A program made the position numbers and the translations under genes. Source: Podarcis gaigeae (taxonomy: Eukaryota). From it: 64,000 nt of DNA. The stretch lies in the NCBI GenBank assembly GCA_964106915.2, contig OZ066922.1; one strand, given 5' to 3'. Under the pieces are notes generated by a model, which saw only the letters and a list, made by a program, of their open reading frames with translations, made no database searches and had not been told where the DNA came from. This document shows, piece by piece, positions 52,909 through 64,000 of the stretch (position 1 is the first letter of the stretch; the number at the start of each line of letters is the position of its first letter).

Positions 52909-52927
52909 TATAGATAGATAGATAGAT

Positions 52928-52958
<31 letters not shown>

Positions 52959-52997
52959 GGATGGATGATAGATAGATGATAGATAAGATATAGATAG
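52909..52997. repeat. (GATA)n microsatellite, interrupted
   Basis: Directly visible. Confidence 0.95.
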
Positions 52998-53397
52998 GTA
53001 ACATTTCATTACTGTCCCTGTTCAACCATGTCTACGTTTGTGCTGGTATATATTTAGAAAATCAATGCAGCCTCAGTCCTTCCCTAGTCTTGCTGGTGCC
53101 ATGCTCCTGGGAGCTAAACCATGGTTTGGCTTAGTATTACATCTGAACCTAGGCTTGTGCTTTATCTCATTCCAAACCACAGCTGTTCTCCTCCACTTAT
53201 TGGTTCTCCTCAAAATATGAACCTGCAGCAACCAATTTACATGAGGGCAGGGGGAATCAATGCTCCTCAGCTGGCTTCTACTAATGTCCATTTATAATAT
53301 TTATTTCCAATCTCTTTCAGCTTTCAAGAAGCTGATGGCTGACAACAGTAGATAATGCCATGAAACAGAGAATAGTTTATTAAACACATTAAAAACA

Positions 53398-53494
53398 CGT
53401 GTATCTGAAGAAGTGTGCATGCACACGAAAGCTCATACCAAGAACTAACTTAGTTGGTCTTTAAGGTGCTACTGGAAGGAATTTTTTTTGTTTT
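53398..53494 (+). mobile_element. Short Penelope-like element terminus flanked by a 13-bp direct repeat
   Basis: CACATTAAAAACA at 53385-53397 and 53495-53507; contains a hammerhead motif; homologous to 33259-33445. Confidence 0.75.
53401..53438 (+). ncRNA. Minimal type I hammerhead ribozyme motif
   Basis: GTAT-CTGAAGA-A-GTGTGCATGCACAC-GAAA-GC-TC-ATAC: stem I GTAT/ATAC, core CUGANGA...GAAA, palindromic stem II, minimal AGCT stem III, UC cleavage site. Confidence 0.75.
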
Positions 53495-54525
53495 CACATT
53501 AAAAACAATACAGCTCAGAAAAAGGAAGTTAAACAGCTGCTTGGACAGAACCAGCAGCAATTATCACACACATGTCTAAATAAAAAATGTTTTCACACTT
53601 CTAAAATAATAGAGTTAGAATCCAGCAACTGCTTATTCATGAAGAAGTTCCAAAACAAGGGTACCATGTTCTTGAAATTTGACTTCACAGATAGATAGAA
53701 TCCAGAGCATGACATTTCTCCAGCTCACCTCCATCAGTTCACTGAGGACCGTATAATTTCATTAGGTGGAATCCAACTGGTGCCCATGCACTTGTGAAAA
53801 AGCTTTTGATCCAGTGGGCACCTCCGCTTACTGAAAGGGAGGTGAAGTGATTTGCACCAATTTGCAATTCCCTTTATGGACCTCCATACCACTTTCTACC
53901 TTGCTATGGAATGTTCCTCAAGCTGGGGGATGCATGAGATACTGGCAAAAAAAGCCCCTCCCCTCTTCTTCCATTAATGGAGGCAACAATTAAAAGTCCT
54001 TCTGTGAGTGCAAGGGCACCAAATGAATGCCACTCATTAAGTTTTTCACCCTACGCTAATATGCTGTGTTTGGGGTGGAATGGTCTTATAACAACTCAGG
54101 GCAGAGAATGATTACCTAAGATCTTGAATAATCTAAATGTTTGTTTTACACATCTAAAGTCACTGTATAATTACTTTTGTAATGTTAACAACCACCTGAT
54201 TCATGACCTAAATATTATATTGTATGCCCGCACACAAATTTTAATAGTCATGTATGTCTCCATCTCACATGTATGAAACTTTCATGCACACTTCTGCACA
54301 TTCTCACATGTGTCAAAAACTTCTTGCTTCATATAAGTCCCAGTGTGACTTCATGAGGATTAAGAAAAAACAAGTAGTTTGAAGAGTGAAGCATGTCTGC
54401 ACACCTTGGTACCCGGGCCTGAGATGTATATTTTAAGGCCCGCCTTATTTTTGAGATTGCAAGTTGTTTTAAGCTCTTTTTAACACTGTTTTAATTGTTG
54501 CAACCCACCCTGGGATGACAGAGTG

Positions 54526-54526
<1 letters not shown>

Positions 54527-54570
<44 letters not shown>
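54527..54570. repeat. (TAA)n microsatellite, probably a retroposon tail
   Basis: Directly visible; preceded by a LINE/SINE-like 3' end. Confidence 0.9.
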
Positions 54571-55582
54571 TTGCATAATCCACACTTGCACACTTCTCAA
54601 CAACAAAAATTTAAACAGAATTCACTGGTAAACCATAAATATTTATGTAATAGTAATGCCTGAGGAGTTAGTATACAGTTTTATATTTTTTAATGGTTTT
54701 GTTAGACTTAAAAAACAAATCTAGGCCACAATTCAGACAGCCATGCAAGAAGACTGGCACCACCCAAAGGGGTTTTTGACCTCTATTTCTCAAGCAGCAG
54801 CCTCCTGCACATCATGGCAAACTGTTTTAGAAATTCAGGGGAATTTCCAAAGCAGTTTGATCAATGCGGCATTGGGGGTGGGGCAGGGAAGGGGGGGGAA
54901 TCTGCCATTCAAATAAAAAACAAAAAAGACAGATGCCCAGCTGGGTACACCTAACAGCTCTCTAGATCGTGGCCTGAAATCTTTGGCATTCAAGGCCACA
55001 CTTCTAAAGATTTTCTATTTTGCCTATGAATGCTATTTTCACAAACAAGGAACAGTACCTTCCTATGGGATTACAGCATGACAGAGGTGTAGTTGGCCCG
55101 TGGGATTAATTAAAAGGGCTAGCATTTATTGCTTGCTCCTTTTAAATTGTTCCCATTTTCGTTAAACATTACTGCTTTTTAAGTTGGTCATGGTATGCCA
55201 AACCAAAATGACACAGACCTTTCATGCAAATACAGGATAATATTGGTTACAGAAGTATTCGACATCACTATACGCCTTCAAGAAATCTTAACTTTGTATT
55301 TCTTTTCAAGTCAGAAGTTAGCTGAAACATACTCTATATAAAGTATAATATTTCAAAGTTCTCTATTTAGAAGCAAGCAACTTCCATATTTTAAAACATG
55401 AAATACCAAAGTATTAAATCACAACTGACACCACGGCAGGCATCTGTTTTTCTACTACAATTTAACAGCCCCATTATATCCACAATCAAAGCAAAATGAG
55501 CATGTATACAGGCAGTTACAATTTAAAATGAAATTTAACGAAATAGCCTGTTCCCAAAATAAGCAGAATTTGCTATACTTAC

Positions 55583-55642
55583 TGAATGTTTCTCCTGCTG
55601 GCCCATAACTCCATGGTTAGCTGGGATTGCAAGAGGTTTCAT
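55583..55642 (-). CDS. RAPGEF2: RAPGEF2 first coding exon of the canonical short isoform (MKPLAIPANHGVMGQQEKHS)
   Basis: ATG at 55642, in-frame TAA upstream (55670-55672), phase-0 donor TCA|gtaagt; matches the known vertebrate RAPGEF2 N-terminus. Confidence 0.95.
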
Positions 55643-56900
55643 AATGAACAAACATATGCTGAACTGAATTTACACATCATGTACCAATTTCTCATGGATA
55701 CCAAATCATCCTCTACTGCATTAAACTAAACAAACAAAAACCAAGGGAAAAACCAAGCCAAGAGCTCAAAGTGCCGTTCACAAAATCTCTCACACTTGTA
55801 GTGCAGAAAAGCAATCCAAACAGCAGCAATTGTCTCCATTTTTATAACACTCAAAGTCTTAAGCGTGCAAGGATGTAAAGTGCCTGGCAACACCATACAT
55901 ATCCAGCATTCTTCTACAAGAACGAGAGCATTCCCTGAGAGCGAAAGGGAGGAAAAAGGGGGGGGAGAGAAAAGCTAAAATGGCTGACTGCACACAGACT
56001 CCCTCAAAAAAGCTTAATACAGTATTATATTAGTAAGGGTGCGGGAACCAGCTTCCTGCATTCAGCCAAGCATTGTTAATACTCCTGTTTAATTTGCAAT
56101 CACAGTAATAAAGAGCCCCTCACCCCCATAAAAAAAATAAAAAATCAGGGCAGAGCATGTGAATAGGGACCTCCCCTCTGGCTGCTAATGATGCTGACAG
56201 GGTGACCAGTGATCTCTGTTCCACTCAACTAACCAAGTTCGCACAATTAATCCAAGCGGCATGACATTGACGGACATTTAATTTAATGATGCCTGTCCCT
56301 CACATTCAAGGAAACCATGCCTACCATCAAGAGAGTCACTAAGGGAAAAAAACCAAAAAAAAAACCCAAACAAACCAAAAACACCAAAGGCACATACACA
56401 GAGAAAAACCTAGAGAATCATGAGTCTGAATGTAATACGCCAATATAATTACGTTATTGTGCTTACTTTGGAAGACCATGGCTGCAGGCAGTTGGCATAG
56501 CAACGCACAAGGAAAGCCATTTCCTGGGTAGAAAGAACGCTTCCTTTTCTAAATAAAAAATTCCTCTTAGGATACAAACGGCATTGCTGCTTCCTGCAGA
56601 AAGCAAAGACACTGTAGTCTGTCTCTTAACCTGCACACAGGCACACTCAATGCAGTTCTAATGATGTAAGTGGATCTCTCTCTCTGCCTCCCTCCCTCTC
56701 CCCCTATACATCGTAATATTCAACTCAAATGGAAGACACATTCCTTGCGGCTTGCCCCCTCGGCTGCTTAACTATTTCACTCATTAAGGTACAGATGGAC
56801 AATTCAGATAGAGTAACAAGCGCTTGCCTGTATTATGTCAGCTTCTGTAGGTCAAGCAAATCCCAAAGGGGAAGGAATCCATTGATTGCTGGCTCCAGTG
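55643..56900 (-). promoter_or_regulatory. 5' UTR and putative internal (non-CpG-island) promoter of short RAPGEF2 isoform
   Basis: Stretch without recognisable repeats directly upstream of a first coding exon; TSS cannot be placed from sequence alone. Confidence 0.5.
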
Positions 56901-56942
56901 AATACCACTGAAGGCAGGGTGGGAATAAGGAGAAAGACTTAC

Positions 56943-56969
56943 TTGAACAGGCTCCGAACTAAATAGCAT
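56943..56969 (-). CDS. RAPGEF2: Candidate alternative first coding exon (MLFSSEPVQ)
   Basis: tgaaaaATGCTATTTAGTTCGGAGCCTGTTCAA|gtaagt; A at -3, in-frame TGA just upstream, phase-0 donor compatible with exon 40866-40997. Confidence 0.5.
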
Positions 56970-59477
56970 TTTTCACCAAGGTGAATATAAAGCAATGGTG
57001 TTTGCTGCCACCTCCTCCCCCACCCTCCCCCACCCAAAAATAATGTTGCGGCAAAGCTGTAAATATCTCTATCAACTGCTTAATAATGGCATACTTGACA
57101 AGCTTTCATGGGCACACAGGTATGATACTGTTCAGACTTAGGTAACTGAAAGGTGCATGGCTGTGAATTTTCACAATCCTCCGCTGAAATTTGTTTAAAT
57201 AAAGTCTGCAGTTTGCCACACAGGTCAAACATGTAGTTTCCATTAAAAGAGGTGTACAGTTCACAGAATATAGCACTGGAATAGGCAGGCAGGCTCTAAA
57301 TTTGTACAGATCCAACATGTCTCTTGGAGGTAGTATTTCATTTTTAAAATGGAGAAATTAACCTAGCCACTCCCATGTAAAACTAGCTCTGTCACCACAG
57401 CATTATGGCACATGAACTAAGCTGAAGGGCATACTCCAGCCAAAAAAAGCACAAAGCCCTGCTACATTACAAGCAACACACTTCCATGATGTTTTTATGC
57501 AAGTCATCAGTGAGAAAAATAAGAAAGACTTTTTTGCCATCAATTTTTTATCATGAAAATCTGACCTTTTTACACTTACAATGCATTCCTGGTATTCAAG
57601 CCCATGTGCACACACAACTTGGGAGAGAAAGGCAGGGAAAGAATGCTCATTTCTGCTACTACAGTAACAAAAATCGAACAGACGACAAGAACTTTAAACA
57701 TATATTTATGAACAATATAGAAAAGTGCCAGAGACAGAGGCTGCAGCTGTTTCTACCAGACACATGCATTCTCAGTTGGCTAATTTAATCTGTCATACAG
57801 TAATGCTTTCCTGTAGTGACTGCAGGTCAAAGCTCACTTGGCAGACCAAAAGGTGATTCTCTAAAAGTCTATTTTTATAAAGCCATAGAATTCTTTAAAA
57901 AATAAAAACAAGCACCACCACTAAACCATATTTTAAAGTTTTGGATGATTCATTTTTAGGCTCGTGTATACCATAATAATCCGTCCTGTATTCTTTTTAA
58001 AACACACATTAAAATATGTTTCCTTAGAATGAAAATCTAGAATAAGACTAATATGGGACCGTAGGCTTTTCTTCAGGGTTCGACTATGGCAAAACTGCCT
58101 TTATGCATGTGTATTCACACGTGCAAGAGTATTTTTGAAAGCATTTTACAATATTGTGGGAGCTGATAGCACTCATTTGAAGCAGTGGTCTTCAAATTTA
58201 TTTTTAGCTGTAGCCAAAGAACAAACGTGGATACGTTTGTCACCCTCCCACCATCACTGTTTATTTCGACTGCAAATCTTTTCCCTTTAAACATATAAAA
58301 GAAAGCAAATGAGGAAACGCCCTACTCTGGACTCTTTGGTTCTTAATATCTAGGAAGCACCCTCTCCAACAATGGTTTTCTTATTGCATCTTTTCCTTTT
58401 GCTGCCATGCCCAGAACACTTCTGTCTCTAGATTTTAGTGGACACATGACACTGGTGGTAACGTGGCTAACATTTCTGAAGTCACAAGTGCCACAGGCAG
58501 TAGTTTATAGTGGGTAAGGCTTGAGCTTCCTTCTGCAGTGATACCTACTAAGAAAAGCAGAAGTGGGATGTGAGGAAGTGTGGCAATTGCTTCTCCCACC
58601 ATGTGCTATGGCTGTCAAAAGAAGACAGCTCAGATATACTAATCACAGAGCAACACAAAACCTATCTAGAAGAGCTCTCACACAGCTGCTGGGCTTTCTT
58701 CTGGCAAGCTGCAGCAAGTCGTCTGACTCACTAAGCTCTTACTACTTCCTCACTGGAGTGGAAGGCACAGCCCTGTAGACAAAAGCTCTCTGTTTGTTTG
58801 GGGGTTTTTCTTGTTCCCATATTCTGGTTTCTTATCCTCTTTTTCTCCTTCCTTCTTCACATTTTGTTCTGATAGCCCAACTTATGACAAGACTCCGCAG
58901 GTGCAAAGGCTGGTTCCATGACTACCTGGCTACTGTTGAGCTGCAATAAAAAATGTGTTAGGCTCATGCGGCAGCAGCCTGAGGTATGTAGAACTAGCAG
59001 AAGTCATTTTCAAAAGCCCTAAGGTGCCCACAGAGAGGTGGAGAAAACAAATGTTTACCAAGGTCACTGAAAGAAGCACGTTTAGATTTAAATTAGGAAA
59101 TGCTGCTCAGCAGTTAAGCACAAAGGCTATACAGTCTCACTTCACAAATGTTAAGTGGCTCACTAAGTATGGACTAGGGGCACTGAGGTCCCAGTCACAA
59201 CTTGTCAATTTTACAGATGGCAGACATGCATAGCATTAGCCTTGAACACCTTCCCCCACCATGTGCAAAACCTTCAAGGTCAATTATCTCAAGCCACAAA
59301 ACGAAAAAACTTAAGGATGATCAAAAATTAGTTGCAGAAGAAGTGAAAATTACAAATAATGGAAAATCTTTAAATGTTAAAAATCAGCTGGACCTAGTTC
59401 ATTCTGTATATTCTATGCATGGCGTGGGAAGGTTCTATGAGCCCCCCATCCCCAAGTTTAAGTTCTATACCTTAGAA

Positions 59478-59726
59478 CATAGGTAGGCAAACTAAGGCCT
59501 GAGGGCCGGATCAGGCCCAATCACCTTCTAAATCCGGCCCACGGATGGTCCGGGAATCAGCGTGTTTTTACATGACTAGAATGTGTGCTTTTATTTAAAA
59601 TGCATCTCTGGGTTATTTGTGGGGCATAGGAATTCGTTCTTCTTTTTTTCAAAATATAGTCTGGCCCCCCACAAGGTCTGAGGAACAGTGGTCTGGCCCC
59701 CTGCTGAAAAAGTATGCTGACACCTG
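59478..59726. mobile_element. Non-autonomous hAT-type element
   Basis: Ends CATAGGTAGGCAAACT...AGTATGCTGACACCTG with repeated subterminal GGCCC motifs; no clear 8-bp TSD. Confidence 0.7.
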
Positions 59727-60535
59727 GAACAACCTCCCCTATTTGGTAACACTCAAATTGTTTGACCTAAATTCCCATCTTCCATAACCAATTGGCCATG
59801 CTAGCGGAGGCTGATAAGATTTGTAGTTCAATATATCTGCAGAGCACAAGGTTGTGAAAAGCTGTCCTACTGTATGTAATGTCTGTACTCTGGAGCTGTG
59901 AAAACAGGCCCAAGTCTAGAATAGTAGTAAGCGACTGACCAATACAAACACACTTAACACAGGCTTGGAAAAATTAGGTAGCCTTAGGATACAATTTAAA
60001 AGACCTTACTATATACCCATTACTCTGTTATCAAACCTATGTTTTTCATTAGAAATACATCAGAGCTTACTAACAATAAAATCCCTATGGACACAGATGT
60101 CATGTCACTTGCATTTCAATTCCCAGAATTTACTCTTATCTAATGACATGATATCACTGTCATGCAAATTCAGATGTCAGCAAAGTATGACGTAATGGAA
60201 TTATTTATTAGAGACAAAGAATTAGTTCAGAAATAGTGACCATAATTCCATCATAGAGTTTGAAGGTGTCTGAAAGGGTAATCAAGTCCAATACTTGCTG
60301 ATGCTGGAAATCTACTAGTACAGCATCTCTGATAAGTGTAGACAAAAGTGCTACTAGAAACCTAGCTAAATCAATTATCCAAGCAGTCTAATTTGTCAGC
60401 AAAATATATCAACATCCCCTCTGCTACCCAAAGCCTTGCTTCTCAATCATTTTGTGAGAAATTTTCATCTGGGGCAGTTATAAAAACTGAACTGCAACTA
60501 TATATTCCATGGGTTCCATTGCTGGTTGGTAAAAT

Positions 60536-60900
60536 GGTAAAGGTTAAGTCCAGTCAAATTTGACCAGGGGGTGCGGCGTTCACCTCTGCTTTCAGGCCAA
60601 GGAAGCTGGTGTTTGTCCACAGACAGCTTTCCAGGTCATGTGGCCAGCATGACTAAACTACGTCTGGTACTGTATAACGGAACATTGTGACAGAAACCAG
60701 AGCACACAGAAACACAGTTTACCTTCCTACCGCAGTGGTGCCTATTTACTTCCTCCCGCTGATATGCTTTCGAACTGCTAGGTTGGCATGAGCTAGAAAA
60801 GAGCAACGGGAGCCCATACCACTGCATGTATTTAAACTGCCAACCTTATCATAGGCAAGCCCAAGACGCTTGGTAGTTTAGATCACAGTGCCACCCACCC
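60536..60900 (-). mobile_element. Sauria SINE, diverged
   Basis: Reverse complement of 23797-24150 (GGTCATGTGGCCAGCATGACTAA; GAACTGCTAGGTTGGCA; GAGCAACGGGAGC). Confidence 0.85.
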
Positions 60901-63359
60901 CTGTGGGTTGACTATGCACTGATGTCATTGTGGGCAAGTACTAAGTGTCAGGTACAAGATCCAACATTGATGAAATTAGGGTGGTGGTTGGGCATCATTA
61001 GTGATGATGGCAGTGAACTTATGAACACCTTACTTTGTGGTCTCAAACACAAACAGGAGGTAGAAGATTGAGAATAGCATCAAGTGAAAACTTTAATAAG
61101 GACATCCAGTAAGTGATGAAAACCACCCATTATACCTATTGCCACCCTTCCAATGTGTAATGCACTGAATAAGTCATCTGCATTGCCATAAAGTACTGCC
61201 AACTTCTACAGCTATGACACCAATACATCACAATCTCAGTGAGATTAAATAGGGTACTACCTCTCCCTATGAACGATGAACTATGAACAAAAAGTGCCTT
61301 CTCAGTACTATATCCAACCGGGAAGATGAACATGTTGACAAAAATATCCAGGGACAACTATAGCAGCAGAATGACTCTCAGTAGCTCTCTTTGTAACTAA
61401 TATTTTTGCAGGGCTGTAGTAGTAACAAGCAACAGTAACACTACTCAAATTGAGTAGTAACACTATTCAAATTGCAAAATAAAAGAGCAGGTTTCAGCAC
61501 ATCATTACCCTTTGGTCTGAGTGGTTGCAGTAGATATAATGGCAGCAATTAAGAACTATGTGATCTGAATCATGGTTGCCAATCCACTACTAAAGCTAAC
61601 TGTAGGCAGGCTGGCAATCATATGTGGATGCCAGAGTATGGCTCTTTAGTTTATTCCCATACCACTTGAAATTTTCAGTTTTGTAAAAAGGAAAATATAA
61701 TTACCCTGACTTATTATTATTAATATATTACTATTTAACCTTAAAATATTACACTTGCAAATAATGTTATAGTGCATTTTTCTTAGATTCTCTAGGTTTA
61801 GGTTTAGGCTTAGATCCTGTTAACATTCTATCTTCACCACCTCTATTAGCAATATATGCTGCATGGTTAACCCATTTGCTGGTGTTCCAGACCATCTGTA
61901 CAAATACCATTCTGTTGAGCTGTTACTGTGGATGAATCCATAATCCAGATCTTTAATACACCCAGCACTGAGCACAGACACATTGGTGCCTTAGCTGGGT
62001 TTGCTGCTGACACCTGCCAATCTTGCTTTAATTGCAGATTGGTTAGTCATATAGCACATTCTGTTCTTAGCTTTTAGAGAAAAACATTCCATTTACATTT
62101 CCTACTGCTTAAAAGAGCAGCAGTGTGTATAAAGGTATTAAATATTTTTAATCCATGACTCCTGTTTAAATAGCTACTTTAAAACAGAAACATTAGAAAA
62201 CTATGGAAGTGTTTGTGCCATTCCAACTAATGCCAGCTGTTTTGTTAGCAGGATTTAATAACTAAACTAGAAAAGCCTGCCATATGCAAACACACAAGTT
62301 TTATGCTGCAAAAATACTTTAAAATCTATTTTAATTATACCTCAAAAAAGGAGGCTTAAGTGTTCACATATCTTACAAATGTTATACCTTGGAGCATTTC
62401 AAATGTTTCAAAAGCAACAGCATTAAAGCAATCCTGGCTAGTACAGGTGGTGGCCCTCAATTTTTAAATTTGCATATTTATGGATGCTTATGCATATTTA
62501 TGGATTACTGAAGGAACTATCACACAAACAGGATCATTCTTCCTTTGCATCAGCCAATGTGGAGAGGAGGGGCAATCCTGCTTAGGGCACTGCTCAGGTG
62601 CACAATAGAGTTTAGAGAGCTTGTAGCAATCTTGTGAACCCAAGCCCATAGCTTAGCAGGATTGCTCACACTTTGCAACAGCAATCCTGCTTAGTGCTGG
62701 GTCCCAAAAGCGCTGTTTGAAGCATCTATCTTTGAACGTTTGAAGGAGAGGGAGCTACTTTAAACAGTGCTTTTGAGAAATTCTTTAAGGCAGCCACTGC
62801 ACTCCTGTTTTAGAGGGCCTGAGGTTCCCCACTCCTGCTATAGTTAATGACAGAGTGGGCACTGTAACTGCTCCTTACTCTGCTAGGACACCACAGGACG
62901 AAGGAAAGGGAGTATGCTTGGGGACCTGGGAGTGGCAAGAGAGTAGCCGATGGTGCAAGAGTTCAGTCAAGGTATCTGAAGGTTTATGTTCCATTTAGCC
63001 TTGTCTTCCAAAGTCCCTGGATTTCAATAAAAGTCAGGCTCCAACAGTTACTCATAACATCCCTCATTGTCAGTGCTGAAGCTCCCTCAGTTCTCAGACA
63101 TGCTGCTTTGAGGACTGGCCAGCTACTTGGACTTGGGTTCTGCAGTGGCAAAACTATGGTCCCAGTTAAGTATGTGCAGCTACTTATTTCAGACATGTTT
63201 AAGTCAAGTCTCCTTAGAATCATAGCCAGCGACACTGATGTGATCGGTCTAAAGTAAGCAGTCCACAGCTTTAATCAGAATAATGAGTTTTGCTGTTGTT
63301 TTTATAACAATCATAAGCTTATGGATACTTGGAGTTTGAACAGTCAGGGATTGATTTAT

Positions 63360-63388
63360 TGACTGACTGACTGACTGACTGACTGACT
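63360..63388. repeat. (GACT)n microsatellite
   Basis: Directly visible. Confidence 0.9.
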
Positions 63389-63422
63389 GGTTGATTAGTT
63401 AGTTAGTCACCCTTAATAAATA

Positions 63423-63485
63423 TTACAAACAAAACATTTTGTTTTGTTTGTAAGATAAACATTGTATCTTACAAACAAAACATTT
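63423..63485. repeat. Direct-inverted-direct micro-triplication (18-bp palindrome arms)
   Basis: TTACAAACAAAACATTT at 63423 and 63469 with an inverted copy between them. Confidence 0.9.
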
Positions 63486-64000
63486 ATAAATAGAGAATGA
63501 CATCCAATAGTGGCCACCCACTAGTGGACCAGGCTTCCACTGGTGAGACAAGACTTACCCTTCCTCTCCTCCCCTTCCCCCTGCACCTCCCATACAGCCC
63601 AAAAGTTCAGGCCACAGAGAAGGGGAAGCTTGTATGGCATGGATACCCCCCCATTATACTTTTTAGGAAAAGAATCCAAAAAGACAGGACAATACTTAAA
63701 TTTCATAGCTACAGTACCATGGCCAAGAAAGCCCTTTCCCTGGTAGACATACGCCAGTGATCAGATGTCATGCAACCAGAGCAAGGCTTAAGGTCTGAGT
63801 AGGCTATGCAGAAGGCAATCTTCCAGGAAACCTGCCCTAAGCCAGTTAGGGCTTGTCAGGTTGAAACCAGCACTTTAATTCCCAGGAATGAGCTGAGAGT
63901 CAGGAGTTGCATATATTGACAGACATTTCATCTCTAGGTCACTATCTCTAGGTGTGATCAGATTAAATGTATTTACTGCATACTGACTGGTTACCTCTGA

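Noticed and set aside
2171-62507. Recurrent 20-bp period of tandem duplications (2171, 27556, 28831, 62471)
   Set aside because: Units are unrelated, and 10-nt block formatting makes 20-bp periods easier to see; ascertainment bias likely

Overview
Vertebrate (squamate, most likely lacertid lizard, judging by Sauria-SINE, Squam3-like SINE and Penelope-type repeats) genomic DNA. The window lies inside one gene, RAPGEF2 (PDZ-GEF1/CNrasGEF), on the minus strand. I traced 23 coding exons with canonical AG/GT boundaries and consistent phases, from the MKPLAIPANHG first exon (55583-55642) to the penultimate exon (1075-1380), totalling 4450 nt. The last coding exon was not found and should lie below position 1; the exons of the long N-terminal isoform were not found and probably lie above 64000. 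Introns hold SINEs, MITEs, LINE remnants, candidate solo LTRs, a 20-bp minisatellite and microsatellites. Most interesting: (1) a candidate cluster of three frame-preserving microexons (9, 6 and 24 nt) with neural-microexon-type splice signatures at the end of the RasGEF domain; (2) a core-intact minimal type I hammerhead ribozyme in a 97-nt Penelope-derived insertion with a 13-bp direct-repeat flank; (3) a second candidate first coding exon (MLFSSEPVQ) and a uORF-dense leader; (4) several near-perfect intronic hairpins. No prokaryotic-type system (CRISPR, operon) is present.
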